A DNA stretch of 64,000 nucleotides from Candidatus Bathyarchaeia archaeon (GTDB taxonomy: Archaea; Thermoproteota; Bathyarchaeia; Bathyarchaeales; Bathycorpusculaceae): the NCBI GenBank assembly GCA_050015395.1, contig JBEKBM010000016.1:1-64000 (forward strand), in the 5' to 3' direction. Under the pieces are notes generated by a model. It saw only the letters and a list, made by a program, of their open reading frames with translations. It did not search any database and was not told the origin of the DNA. Below are positions 49,678-59,692 of this stretch, piece after piece. Within the stretch, counting starts at the first letter, position 1. The number at the start of each line of letters is the position of its first letter. A program made the position numbers and the translations under genes.

Positions 49678-50193
49678 ATGAAAATAAGAATAATAAAATT
49701 AACCCCTGAATTACTCATCGCGTTGTTGCAGGGAAAAGCATCCTCTTTGGCTTCCAATTTGCCCAGCGATACTGAACTATTAGACTTAAAACTTGATTTG
49801 TTTTCCAAGCAAGTGCTCGCGATAGTTAGAAGCGACAGTTTTGAGGACATTGCCGAATCCTTTCCAATTCCAGAATTCAACCTAACAAACACTGGAGAAC
49901 CTAGAATTGCACCAAAGCCGATTGGGACCGTTAAACTAGAATCTAAGCCTGACCTTAAGCCTGCAAATGTAAAGTTAATTCAACCAAGCAAAACCTCATC
50001 CAAAATGGAAAATGAATTTAGCCCAGAGCAGCGCAAACTGCTCAGTTTTACAGTTAAGGGAGATTGCGTTGTGGTAAAGCCAGTTCAATTTTTAAAGGCT
50101 GAATGGGAAGATATCAATGAGGTTGTCCGAAGTTTGGGCGGTAAATGGGTGAAAGGTGACATTATCAGCTACTGGGAAATCCCAGCGCAATAG
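49678..50193 (+). CDS. Hypothetical protein
   Basis: Protein-like ORF; C-terminal EWEDINEVVRSLGGKWV...YWEIP. Confidence 0.7.
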   Translation: MKIRIIKLTPELLIALLQGKASSLASNLPSDTELLDLKLDLFSKQVLAIVRSDSFEDIAESFPIPEFNLTNTGEPRIAPKPIGTVKLESKPDLKPANVKLIQPSKTSSKMENEFSPEQRKLLSFTVKGDCVVVKPVQFLKAEWEDINEVVRSLGGKWVKGDIISYWEIPAQ

Positions 50194-50271
50194 GGTTGAT
50201 GGTCTGCTTTGAGTAAGAAACGAAAATCCTTTAAACAAGATGTGCCTATTCAGAATAAGAGTGGTGTTAAG

Positions 50272-50889
50272 ATGGAAAAAACTGATAAACCTCTAACTAG
50301 AGACGCACTAATCTCTATGCAAGTCGTAGACGCAAAAGGACGATTGGTAGGAAAAGTTAAAGATATCGCTTTCGCCGTTGGAAAGACGGGCATTTCCTTG
50401 TCAGTGGAGAATGAGGCTGGAGAAACCCAACACATCCCTTGGGAAGATGTTCAAGGAGCATCAGACTTCATACTTTTAAAAGCAGTTCCACAAAGCACTT
50501 ATCAACCACAACAGCAGCAGCAACCCGTTCAAACTAGTTCTCTTAGTGAGGAAGAAAAGGTTTTTGGGCCTTATGAACAGCAGCAGCAACCCGTTCAAAC
50601 TGTAGTTAAGGAACAGTCAACTCAACCACTTTGCCCAACATGCAATCAACCTCTCACATGGATTCCACAATACAAAAGATGGTACTGCTACAACGACAAA
50701 AAATACGTTTCAGTGGGTAAGAAAAAGTTTTTGGGCTTTATGAACCGCAGCAGCAGCAGCAGCAACAACGTTCAAACTGTAGTTAAGGAACAGTCAACTC
50801 AACCACTTTGCCCAACATGCAATCAACCTCTCACATGGATTCCACAATACAAAAGATGGTACTGCTACAACGACAAAAAATACGTCTAA
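50272..50889 (+). CDS. PRC-barrel protein with Gln-rich linker and duplicated C-terminal Cys-rich module
   Basis: MQVVDAKGRLVGKVKDI..IPWEDV...DFILL; CPTC..PLTWIPQYKRWYCYNDKKYV twice. Confidence 0.8.
   Translation: MEKTDKPLTRDALISMQVVDAKGRLVGKVKDIAFAVGKTGISLSVENEAGETQHIPWEDVQGASDFILLKAVPQSTYQPQQQQQPVQTSSLSEEEKVFGPYEQQQQPVQTVVKEQSTQPLCPTCNQPLTWIPQYKRWYCYNDKKYVSVGKKKFLGFMNRSSSSSNNVQTVVKEQSTQPLCPTCNQPLTWIPQYKRWYCYNDKKYV
50592..50885 (+). repeat. 117-bp perfect direct repeat (50592..50708 and 50769..50885)
   Basis: Identical copies 177 bp apart, each preceded by a CAG tract. Confidence 0.95.
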
Positions 50890-50929
50890 ACAGCATAAAC
50901 TATCTTAAAACATTTTTAATTTTTAATTT

Positions 50930-51562
50930 TTACGCCGTTCCATTTAACAAGGACTTTTCCAATATTGTGATTGTTCCGTTTTTTCCAAGACGGAGTTGCC
51001 TTTCAGCCTTAAACATAGCCACGTGCGCATTCTTCACTTCTATACAGTTACCCACTGAAACGGCGTTTACCTGTTGGTCCCAAAGGCAAAGCATTATTTT
51101 TCCTGTTTCATCACCTATCCATGCGTTAGAAACAAGGGCGTTGTCTCTAAATTGAGTATGAACCTTGGATGGCTCAGAAGTTTCCAGCACTTTGGCAATT
51201 ACATTGACCTTTTTCATGCCTACTCGTAGATTCTCTATCTTCATATGTGGAGGGACCGGGTTTTGCTTTGCGATCTCTTTTCGGACTCTGCTTGTATCCA
51301 TCCAATTATCGAATGAAACATCCTTTTGTGAGAGAGTTTCTTCGGGAACCCTGAATTGCGCAATTACTTTACTATTTTTAGTTATTAGGAAGATGGCTTC
51401 GTTGTTAACACTTCCACGGTATTCAACCGTTAAGTCTTCGCATGCTGATTTCCCGTGTTCTTTTGCCTGAATTAAAGCCTGAAACAGTTCGGTGGGATAA
51501 ACGCCATGCTGTGCTGAAATGAAAGCAAGCTGATCTTCTAATGTTGGCTTTTTTGATTTCAT
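50930..51562 (-). CDS. OB-fold single-stranded DNA-binding (SSB/RPA-like) domain protein
   Basis: KIENLRVGMKKVNVIAKV...IGDETGKI.L.LWD....VG..IEVKNAHV..FK...QLRLG. Confidence 0.8.
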   Translation of the reverse strand: MKSKKPTLEDQLAFISAQHGVYPTELFQALIQAKEHGKSACEDLTVEYRGSVNNEAIFLITKNSKVIAQFRVPEETLSQKDVSFDNWMDTSRVRKEIAKQNPVPPHMKIENLRVGMKKVNVIAKVLETSEPSKVHTQFRDNALVSNAWIGDETGKIMLCLWDQQVNAVSVGNCIEVKNAHVAMFKAERQLRLGKNGTITILEKSLLNGTA

Positions 51563-51827
51563 ACTTAATTTTTTCCTCTTTATAGCGAATTATCTTGAAG
51601 AAAGCAAATGTTAGGTTTCAAAATTTACTTTTTCTTGATTAATTCTGACAGTTTATTATTAATATCGTGTTAACTATAAAGGCTTAGCTATAAAAAAACG
51701 GAATTTTCAGGGTAATTTGTATGATTTGCCTTGATGCGCTATGGGTTTGTTTTTTGTCCAAAAAGGAAAAAGACTAGTACTTTACAATATATCTATGTAA
51801 ACAAGCTGTTTTGAGGCTTAACGGTTT

Positions 51828-52715
51828 TTGGTGAAAAATGTGATGGAGGATCTAAGAGAATTAACTAAAGTCAAACTAAGCAATTTGGATAAAATCTTTT
51901 ACCCAGAAGTTAATGTTAGCAAAGGACAAGTTATCGAGTACTACATTAAAATGGCGCCGAAAATGCTACCGATTATGACTGATAGACCGTTAGTTCTAAC
52001 CAGATACCCTGATGGCGTTAATGGCGAAAACTTCAGTTTTTTTGAAAAAGACGCTCCACAAGGTACGCCCGAATGGATTAAAATAAAAACAATTTACTCC
52101 CCAACGTCCCAACGAGACGTCCACTATATCGTTTGCAACAACTTGGATACGCTTATTTGGCTTGCAAACTTGGCAGCATTAGAAATCCACATGCCCTTCT
52201 CCAAGATTAACGCTCTGGATAAGCCTGATTTACTATTTTTTGATATTGACCCTGAACCACCAGCAACGTTAAGTGATGCCGCAGAGGTTGCGCTTTTGCT
52301 TAAAGACAAGTTGCTAGATTTAGGACTTACACCTTTCATTAAGACTTCAGGCAAAAAAGGTCTTCATGTCATAATTCCAATAGTTCCAGAGCATACTTTT
52401 GAAGAAGCAAGGGCTTTTGTGCATAAAATCGGAATCGACTTAGCCAAGGAAAGTGACATTGTTGTTTCCGAATTCAAGGATACAAAGAAGCCAGGAAAGG
52501 TTTTCGCCGATTACCTCCAGAATTCGCCGATGCGAACAATGGTGGTTCCTTACAGCTTAAGGCCGACGCCTCAAGCCTCTGTTTCGACACCTTTAGAGTG
52601 GACTGAAATAAAGAAAGGCATAAACCCCTCCGGCTTCAATATTTTTAGTGTAGTTGAGCGGAAACTTGATCCGTGGAAAAATATTTTTGAAAAAAGAGTT
52701 AAACTGGAGATTTAA
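51828..52715 (+). CDS. NHEJ polymerase (LigD POL / AEP primase domain), stand-alone
   Basis: LSNLDKIFYP, RYPDGV..FFEK, ALEIH, FFDIDP, KTSGKKGLHV, DYLQN, PYSLR..P...VSTPL.W. Confidence 0.92.
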   Translation: MVKNVMEDLRELTKVKLSNLDKIFYPEVNVSKGQVIEYYIKMAPKMLPIMTDRPLVLTRYPDGVNGENFSFFEKDAPQGTPEWIKIKTIYSPTSQRDVHYIVCNNLDTLIWLANLAALEIHMPFSKINALDKPDLLFFDIDPEPPATLSDAAEVALLLKDKLLDLGLTPFIKTSGKKGLHVIIPIVPEHTFEEARAFVHKIGIDLAKESDIVVSEFKDTKKPGKVFADYLQNSPMRTMVVPYSLRPTPQASVSTPLEWTEIKKGINPSGFNIFSVVERKLDPWKNIFEKRVKLEI

Positions 52716-52717
52716 TT

Positions 52718-53542
52718 ATGACTCAGGAAGATTTAGAAAAAAAGCAAAGTGAAAAAGTTGGTGCGGCTGCTCCGAGAAGGTCAATTTGGTCGGGGAGTAT
52801 CACAATTGGTTTAGTGAATGTCCCTGTTAAATTGTATTCCATGATTTATGACAAGGGAATAAATTTCCATTTCTTGCATAAAGTTGACGGTCAACCTTTA
52901 AAATACGTTAAAATGTGCACTAAGGACGACAAGATTGTACCTTGGAGCGAGGTCATCCGAGGCTATGAGGTAGCTAAAAACGAGTATATAGCATTTGATA
53001 AGAAAGAGTTAGATGCTGCAAAACCTGAGTCTGACAGCCGTATACGGATTAGCAAGTTTGTCGATTACTTCTCGGTTGACCCAATTTACTTTGATAAGAC
53101 TTACGCTTTGATGCCCCAAAAAAACAAGGAAGCTTACACTTTACTTTTGAGGGCGCTTGAAAGAAAAAACAAAGCTGGCGCTGCACGAATAACCTTGAGA
53201 ACGAAAGAGTATCCTGCGTTGTTGCATACGTATAGAGGCGCGCTTGTTTTAACAACATTACGTTATGCTTACGATATTGTTGACCCGCAGGATTTTGAAG
53301 AGGTCAAAAAGTTAAAGGAGCCCGATAAAGCTGAGTTAGATATGGCTATAAAAATAGTGAGTGACCTTTCAGGCGACTTTGATATTACTGAATTCGAAGA
53401 CACTTACATGAAAAGGGTTGAAGAACTTATAGCGCAAAAGCTGAAAGGCGAAAAAATCCAAATCGAGAAGCCGCCAGAAGTGGAAGCTAAAGGTCTCATG
53501 GTTGCGCTGCGAGAAACTCTCAAGCAGTTGGAACAGAAATGA
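52718..53542 (+). CDS. ku: Ku protein
   Basis: RSIWSGSITIGLVNVPVKLY, RGYEV, VDPIYFDKTY, AY.LL..AL, LMVALRETL. Confidence 0.93.
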   Translation: MTQEDLEKKQSEKVGAAAPRRSIWSGSITIGLVNVPVKLYSMIYDKGINFHFLHKVDGQPLKYVKMCTKDDKIVPWSEVIRGYEVAKNEYIAFDKKELDAAKPESDSRIRISKFVDYFSVDPIYFDKTYALMPQKNKEAYTLLLRALERKNKAGAARITLRTKEYPALLHTYRGALVLTTLRYAYDIVDPQDFEEVKKLKEPDKAELDMAIKIVSDLSGDFDITEFEDTYMKRVEELIAQKLKGEKIQIEKPPEVEAKGLMVALRETLKQLEQK

Positions 53543-54966
53543 GCCGCCATATTTACAAGCCTATGCTTGCAAAGGTTGCCCCCAACCCTTTCTCGGATAA
53601 AGACTGGATTTTTGAGATTAAATGGGATGGCTTCAGGGCCATAGCCTATATCGATGAAGAGCTTAGCATAAAAAGTCGCAATGAAAATGAATTAAAACAC
53701 AACTTTCCGGAACTGGCTGAGCTAACACGGTTAGCTAATGGCTTAGTTGTTGACGGTGAAATCGTTGTGATGAGAGAAGGCAAGCCTGGCTTCCAAACCC
53801 TGCTGGAGCGTGGTCAAGCTGTTTCAGCTGGCGTGATTCAAAGGCAAGCCAAACGGGCGCCAGTTACATACATTGTTTTTGATGTTTTAGAGAAGGATGA
53901 CAAACCGCTCATTAAGCTGCCGTTAATGGAGCGCAAAAAGATTTTGAAGGACTCATTGAGGGAAGGCTCATATGTGCTCCTGTCCGATTTTATTGAGGAG
54001 AAAGGAGAAGCCTACTACCAACTAGTCTTAGAGAAGGGTTTAGAAGGAGTGGTGGCGAAAAAGAAAGATAGTCTCTATGAAGAAGGATTGCGAACTGGGA
54101 GTTGGTTGAAAATTAAAAAACTGAAAACTTGTGACTGCGTAATTTTCGGTTACACAAAAGGAGAGCAATCTAGGGAAAAAACGTTTGGCGCCTTAATTTT
54201 AGGACTTTACGATAAGGACGGCAGACCAGTTTACGTTGGCAAAGTCGGGACAGGTTTTACTGAAGAAACTCTTGGAGTTTTAAGTGACAAATTTGAAAAA
54301 TTAAAAACGGAGCTTGCCCTTTTCAAGCCTGGATTTGGTGATGGGGTAACTTGGCTTGAGCCCAAGTTGGTTTGTGAAGTTGCTTATCAAGTGGTAACGC
54401 GGGATATGAGGTTAAGAATGCCACGTTTTAAAAGTTTAAGAGAGGACAAGTCACCAGCCGAATGTACACTTGACCAACTAATTGAAAACAAAAAAACGGG
54501 CACGGCCGACGGCGATAGGCTTTCGGAATATGTGTCGAAACGCAATTTCGGACAGACTCCTGAACCTGCGGGCGGAGAGAAAAAGGAGGAGAAACTTATT
54601 TTTGTGATCCAAGAACACCACGCAAGAAGATTGCACTATGACCTGAGACTAGAAAGTGGTGGTGTCTTGAAAAGCTGGGCTGTTCCGAAAGGGATGCCTG
54701 AGTCTGCTGGTGAGCGGCGTTTGGCGGTGGAAACGGAGGATCATCCCTTTGAATACGCAAGTTTTGAGGGCACGATTCCTGTGGGGCAATATGGGGCTGG
54801 GACTGTTAAAATCTGGGATAAAGGTAGTTACGAAACTAAGGTTTGGGAGAATGATAAAATTGAGTTTACGCTTAAGGGTCAAAGGCTTAAAGGACGGTAT
54901 ATTCTTGTGCGGTTAAAGAAGGCTAAAGACGATAAGTCTTGGTTGCTGCTAAAGGGTAAAGAGTAG
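53539..54966 (+). CDS. ligD: ATP-dependent DNA ligase fused to C-terminal 3'-phosphoesterase (LigD LIG-PE)
   Basis: EIKWDGFR, VDGEIV, FDVL, EGVVAK, WLKIK; then FVIQEHHARRLHYDLRLE..GVLKSWAVPKG, LAVETEDH, YGAGTVKIWD. Confidence 0.93.
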   Translation: MSRHIYKPMLAKVAPNPFSDKDWIFEIKWDGFRAIAYIDEELSIKSRNENELKHNFPELAELTRLANGLVVDGEIVVMREGKPGFQTLLERGQAVSAGVIQRQAKRAPVTYIVFDVLEKDDKPLIKLPLMERKKILKDSLREGSYVLLSDFIEEKGEAYYQLVLEKGLEGVVAKKKDSLYEEGLRTGSWLKIKKLKTCDCVIFGYTKGEQSREKTFGALILGLYDKDGRPVYVGKVGTGFTEETLGVLSDKFEKLKTELALFKPGFGDGVTWLEPKLVCEVAYQVVTRDMRLRMPRFKSLREDKSPAECTLDQLIENKKTGTADGDRLSEYVSKRNFGQTPEPAGGEKKEEKLIFVIQEHHARRLHYDLRLESGGVLKSWAVPKGMPESAGERRLAVETEDHPFEYASFEGTIPVGQYGAGTVKIWDKGSYETKVWENDKIEFTLKGQRLKGRYILVRLKKAKDDKSWLLLKGKE

Positions 54967-55259
54967 CATGCAAACTTTCATTTAGTTTTTTTTATCTGGA
55001 GTGTCGCTTTTGGATGTAATGGCAGTTGGCTGCGTTAGTGGAGGTTTTCCTGACCTGACCTAGGTGTTGTGAAGGGCAGAGTGTTGTTTGATTTGCGTGG
55101 GAGAGGAAGTTTGTAATGTTGAAGAATGGTTTTGCACAATAATAGGTGTTTTAGGCTTTATTGTGCAGTTCAGACCTAAAATTTTCATGGTGATTTAAAT
55201 AGGAAGGGTAATGCGGGGTTTTACGGTGGTCCTATTTTTTTAGATAATAAAGGGTAAAG

Positions 55260-55451
55260 ATGCAACAATGGAGCTTGCTTGAGGATATTTTTGTTTCTAG
55301 GAAAGCTGTAGTAATTGTCGGGAGCAATCTGCCTGGTGATGCCCTAAACAAGCAGGTTGAATGGAATGAAGAGCTAAATAAGCGTGCAGAAAGATTACCT
55401 GAAGAGATAACGGTGATGAAAAATAGTAGGGCTAAGAAGGTGGTAAAATGA
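55260..55451 (+). CDS. Hypothetical protein
   Basis: Short ORF overlapping the next gene by 4 nt. Confidence 0.35.
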   Translation: MQQWSLLEDIFVSRKAVVIVGSNLPGDALNKQVEWNEELNKRAERLPEEITVMKNSRAKKVVK

Positions 55452-55765
55452 AGAAGGAAGAAACGGTTGCTGCAAGGTTGCCTGAAGCATTAGTATCGGA
55501 TTTAAAGAAGATAGAGGGCGTGGAACAAATAGACCGTTCAACAGTGCTGAGAAAGCTGCTTAACAAGGCTGTAAGGGAATGGAAGAAAGAGTATGCAGCA
55601 AAGCTTTACGCTGAGGGCTCAATAACTTTGGAAAAGGCTGCCATGGATGCTGGTGCGTCTGTGAGAGAGATGATGGAATACTTAAAGCAAAAAAAAGTGC
55701 CCTCTCAGTATGATACAGAAGACTTAGATGAAGATATGAAGAACTTCTATAAGAGAATGGCCTGA
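55448..55765 (+). CDS. UPF0175-family antitoxin-like protein (RHH plus HTH)
   Basis: VAARLP...DRSTVLRKLL...LYAEGSITLEKAA..AG.SV.EM. Confidence 0.78.
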   Translation: MKKEETVAARLPEALVSDLKKIEGVEQIDRSTVLRKLLNKAVREWKKEYAAKLYAEGSITLEKAAMDAGASVREMMEYLKQKKVPSQYDTEDLDEDMKNFYKRMA

Positions 55766-56182
55766 AAAACATGAAGAATCAACGAGAAATGAAGACTTAC
55801 AAAAAGCAGTTACTGTTGGCGGAAGCGTTGCTGGTGGAAAGGAGAAAAGAACAAAAGTTAAAGGCACCTTAGGCAAGATAGAGGTTGATGGGGAAGGGGA
55901 CATACGGCTGTGGGCAGACAGAATAAAGCCTTATCTAAGCAAGCAAATGAACGTTTTCGGCTACTTCGGCAAAAATTCTTAGGTTATCCTCCTTCGGATG
56001 TAACTTCAAGGAAGATAAAGCCTTGTTGATTTTTTGTGTTTTTTGGATAGATATAATAACATGTTTGAATGAAAAGTAAGAAAAATAGTCAGTGACGTTA
56101 GAGGGGCTTGAGCGTTGGGTAATGTGCTGTATGTTGGCGCTTTCACCAATAAATTGTTAAGATTATTTTTTGGCGGTAACCT

Positions 56183-57757
56183 ATGCCGCTTAAGCATGCG
56201 GGGTGTGTAATGGGTAGTTTCTTTGGTAAGTTCTTGTCTTCTTTGAGAAAGAATGTTTGGGCGCTTGCGGCTTTCATTATTCCTTTGGCGATAAGAAGTG
56301 TGCCTGAGTTTTTATCGTGGCCTTACCCGCTTGGGTTGGATACGCTTAACGTTGTGCCGCAAATCCAGAGCGGTTGGGTGTTTTCTTTGGGTCCAGTTGG
56401 TTTTCTGCATACGACTGGAATGTTTTATGTGTTTGCGGGTTTGCTTTACTGGTTGACTGGTAATGTTGTTTTTGTGTTGAAGTTTTTTGGGCCTGTGCTT
56501 TTGGCTGTGCTTTGTGGTATGTTGTTTCTTTATGCAAGAAAGGGATTGGGCTGGGGTAATGCGAAGTCTTTGCTTGTTTCTGTTTTGGCGGCTACTTATT
56601 TTGTGTCTTTGCGGGATTCGTGGGATCTTTACAGGCAGACGCTGGGGCTTATTTTTTTGGTGGCTGCGCTTATTTCTTTGAAGTCTTTTGGTTCGCCGCG
56701 TAAATATTATGTTGCGGGCGTGTTTATGGTTTTAACTGTTTTGAGTCAGCAGCTTGCTGCGGTTATTTTGCTTTTTGTTATTTTGGTTGAGGCTGCTCGG
56801 TTGCTGGTTAAAAAATCAGTAAGAGAGTCTGTTTATTTGGTGGGTTCGGCTGTTTTGGCTGGTGCGGTTTTCTTGTTCCAAAGGGTTTCCTTGTCGACAA
56901 GCAGCTTTGGCGCTTTCAGCGTTCCCACCAGTTATGTGGCTTCGGGTCCTTCGGTTTCTTTGGGTTTGTTTATGGCTGGGCTGCTGGTTTATTGTTATGT
57001 CCTTATTTTGCCTTTGGTGCTGGTTGGTTTGGTTGGTTTTAAAGCTTCAGCTATGCATTATTGGGCGGTGCTTTGTGTGGGTATAGTGGTTTTGGAGATG
57101 ATAAATCCTAATTTGCCTTTTTATTTTTGGAATCGATGGGTGTATTTGCTTGTGTATCCGCTGTTGTTTTTTGCGGTTCATGGGTTGGATAACCTTTGGA
57201 AGTTCTGGTCCAGTCATAGGGGCAAAATTAGGCGTTTTGTTCCCAAGGTTTTTGCAATAACGTATTTAGTCTTGCTTTTGACGCTGTCTGGGTGTTATTT
57301 GGCTGTGGGTCCGGAGAATCAGATTGCGTTTTTCTCTAAAGATAATTCGTATTTGGCGTTTATTCCGTCTTCTATGCTTCAGAACACGTTGCCTATTAGT
57401 GATAATCCGTCTTTGGTTAATTGTTTTGATTGGATAAACAATAATACTTCTGCTGATTCTGTGGTGGTGATTCATTATGCGTTGGATGATTTGGCTGATA
57501 TTTACGTTAAAGGCAGGTTAATAGTTCCTGTTAATCACGGTCCTTCTATGTGGGGTTATCTTCAGAATGAAAGTGCACTTGCAGATGGTATGGTTAATGA
57601 TGCGAGGGTTGCTTTAAACAATGGTCATAGCGCTGCTTATACTGTTTGGTGGGTAAGTGGCGAAGGTTGGTATGGGATCCCATCTTTGCCATCAAGCTTC
57701 CAAGAGGTTTACAGATCAGGAAGCATGGCAGTGTATTCATACAACTTAAGTGATTGA
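56183..57757 (+). CDS. Multi-pass membrane protein, GT-C-like glycosyltransferase candidate
   Basis: YPLGLDT loop, SWDLYRQTLG, >10 TM segments, soluble C-terminal domain; glycosylation context. Confidence 0.65.
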   Translation: MPLKHAGCVMGSFFGKFLSSLRKNVWALAAFIIPLAIRSVPEFLSWPYPLGLDTLNVVPQIQSGWVFSLGPVGFLHTTGMFYVFAGLLYWLTGNVVFVLKFFGPVLLAVLCGMLFLYARKGLGWGNAKSLLVSVLAATYFVSLRDSWDLYRQTLGLIFLVAALISLKSFGSPRKYYVAGVFMVLTVLSQQLAAVILLFVILVEAARLLVKKSVRESVYLVGSAVLAGAVFLFQRVSLSTSSFGAFSVPTSYVASGPSVSLGLFMAGLLVYCYVLILPLVLVGLVGFKASAMHYWAVLCVGIVVLEMINPNLPFYFWNRWVYLLVYPLLFFAVHGLDNLWKFWSSHRGKIRRFVPKVFAITYLVLLLTLSGCYLAVGPENQIAFFSKDNSYLAFIPSSMLQNTLPISDNPSLVNCFDWINNNTSADSVVVIHYALDDLADIYVKGRLIVPVNHGPSMWGYLQNESALADGMVNDARVALNNGHSAAYTVWWVSGEGWYGIPSLPSSFQEVYRSGSMAVYSYNLSD

Positions 57758-57898
57758 GAATCCTTGTGTTTTTTGCTTGGTTTTCTATTTTGCGCGCCCT
57801 TACTACTAAGCTTGAAAAGATTTTTTATACGAAAAGCTTTTAATGTTAAACTAGCGAGTAATGGTTCTATTGCCTATGAGCATGGAGAGGAATGGGAA

Positions 57899-58348
57899 AT
57901 GGCGAAAGTAACAGCGCATATTTTTTACTTTAAAGAAAAACTTTGCGGGCGTCCCGACCCAAGGGCGACGGCAGCAGAAAAGAATCAAGATTTACTTTCT
58001 GTTGAAAAACTTTTCAAGATTAAAAAATTTGCTTTGCGTCGTGGCGTCTGGTTTAAAGCCTTAAACCGAATTGAAAGGGGCGTCTTGGATCTCACCATGA
58101 AGTACGTTGACAACGTTAAAAGTACAAAGCTGGCCAAAGTGTTGACGGCCATAATACAAAAGCTGAAGCAGGCAACGGAAAGCATGGTTGACAGGTTGAT
58201 GAGGACTGTAGGCATCGCTTTAGCTCAAAAGTCAAGTAGTATAGCGGTAGGTTGGGGTAACGTTTCTGCTAAAAGCTGGGCATCTGATTTGCCGTTTGCA
58301 GCTTTCTTGGCTGTAATGCATACAAGTAGTGACTTTAGGCAACATTGA
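57899..58348 (+). CDS. Hypothetical protein
   Basis: KKFALRRGVWFKALNRIERG..DL...WGN.SA..W; GGAGAGG upstream. Confidence 0.65.
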   Translation: MAKVTAHIFYFKEKLCGRPDPRATAAEKNQDLLSVEKLFKIKKFALRRGVWFKALNRIERGVLDLTMKYVDNVKSTKLAKVLTAIIQKLKQATESMVDRLMRTVGIALAQKSSSIAVGWGNVSAKSWASDLPFAAFLAVMHTSSDFRQH

Positions 58349-58357
58349 AGCGGTTAA

Positions 58358-59311
58358 GTGTTAATGCGTAAATCTTTGAAAGTTTTGGTTACTGGTGGGG
58401 CTGGCTTTATTGGCAGCTATTTAGTTGATCGATTAGTTAAAGATGGCTATGAAATTAGAGTTATTGACGATTTATCTACTGGTAGACTTGATAACATTCA
58501 AAATCATTTGAATGCTGGCAAGATTGATTTTATTAGAGGCGATGTTCGCGATGCTTCGCTTGTTAGAAAGACCGTTGATGGTGTTGATGTGGTTGTTCAT
58601 TTAGCTGCTGTGACGAGTGTGCCTTTTTCGGTTGAGAATCCTGATTTAACTTTTGATGTTAACCTGTTGGGTACGTTGAATTTAATTCGTGCGTGTGCTC
58701 AAGAGGGTGTTGGTAGGTTTGTGTTTGTTTCTAGTTGTGCAGTTTGTGGTGAGCCTGAGTTTTTGCCTGTGAAGGAAGAGCATCGGGCTGATCCGATTTC
58801 GCCTTATGCTGAGTCTAAGCTTATAGCTGAGAGTTACTGCTTGGGTTTTCAGGAGCGGCAGCTTTTAGGGTCGGTTGTTTTGCGTTTCTTTAATGTTTAT
58901 GGTCCAAGGCAGGGCATGAATGATTATAGTGGAGTAATAACGCGTTTTGTTGACAGTGTAAGACGAAAGGAGCCGTTGGTGATTTATGGTGATGGTTCAC
59001 AAACACGGGATTTTGTTAGTGTCTATGATATTGTTGAAGCAGTTTTAGCTTCCATGAAAAGCAGTAATGCTGAGGGCGAAGTTTTTAATGTTGGTTCTGG
59101 TAAGCCCACTTCTATTGGTGCGTTGGCTAAGACGGTTTTAGAGTTGGCTGGCGTGGACTTGGAGATTCGTTATGAAAAGCCCAGAGCTGGCGACATCAAG
59201 GATAGTTATGCGGATATTTCTAAGGCTAAACGGCTGCTGGGTTATGAGCCGCGGGTTTGTTTGCGGGATGGTTTGCGAGTGTTGCTTGAAGAAAAATTGG
59301 CAGTTAGCTAA
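58358..59311 (+). CDS. NAD-dependent epimerase/dehydratase (GalE-like extended SDR)
   Basis: TGGAGFIG, HLAA, SPYAESK, RFFNVYGP, GDGSQTRDF. Confidence 0.9.
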   Translation: MLMRKSLKVLVTGGAGFIGSYLVDRLVKDGYEIRVIDDLSTGRLDNIQNHLNAGKIDFIRGDVRDASLVRKTVDGVDVVVHLAAVTSVPFSVENPDLTFDVNLLGTLNLIRACAQEGVGRFVFVSSCAVCGEPEFLPVKEEHRADPISPYAESKLIAESYCLGFQERQLLGSVVLRFFNVYGPRQGMNDYSGVITRFVDSVRRKEPLVIYGDGSQTRDFVSVYDIVEAVLASMKSSNAEGEVFNVGSGKPTSIGALAKTVLELAGVDLEIRYEKPRAGDIKDSYADISKAKRLLGYEPRVCLRDGLRVLLEEKLAVS

Positions 59312-59377
59312 ATGGTTGAAATTAAAGATACAAAGAAATTATTAGATAGGTTAGCAGTTAATGGAAGCAATTTGCTA
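59312..59377 (+). pseudogene. 5' fragment (22 codons) duplicating the start of the GT2 gene at 61822
   Basis: MVEIKDTKKLLDRLAVNGSNLL vs MVELEDTRKLLGRLAVNGNNLL. Confidence 0.85.
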
Positions 59378-59460
59378 GCGCGCGCTAAAGTACTGATTAA
59401 AAAAGGCGTCAGGAAACTTTTTAAGCGTAGTACTTTAACCATTTATGTAGGGCAATCAGC

Positions 59461-59691
59461 ATGCAGAACGTTGTGAAGGTTACTAGGAAAGGGCAAACTA
59501 CTATCCCAGCGGAGATTAGGCAAAAACTGGGAATAAATGAGGGTGATGACCTCTTAGTTGAAGCTACTGACCAAGGGCAAGTAGTTTTTAGCCCGTTTCG
59601 CAGACTGGAGGATTGTGCAGGTATTTATTCAAAATATGGCAAGCCTGAGGAAATGAAAAAAGAGATTGAAAAGGTTCGAGAGGAGTACTAG
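59461..59691 (+). CDS. AbrB/MazE/SpoVT-family antitoxin
   Basis: VKVTRKGQTTIPAEIRQKLGINEGD. Confidence 0.9.
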   Translation: MQNVVKVTRKGQTTIPAEIRQKLGINEGDDLLVEATDQGQVVFSPFRRLEDCAGIYSKYGKPEEMKKEIEKVREEY

Positions 59692-59692
59692 C

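Noticed and set aside
56183-59311. Strongly T/G-rich coding strand as a separate element
   Set aside because: Partly explained by hydrophobic codons and local codon bias; no boundaries or mobility genes could be supported without computation
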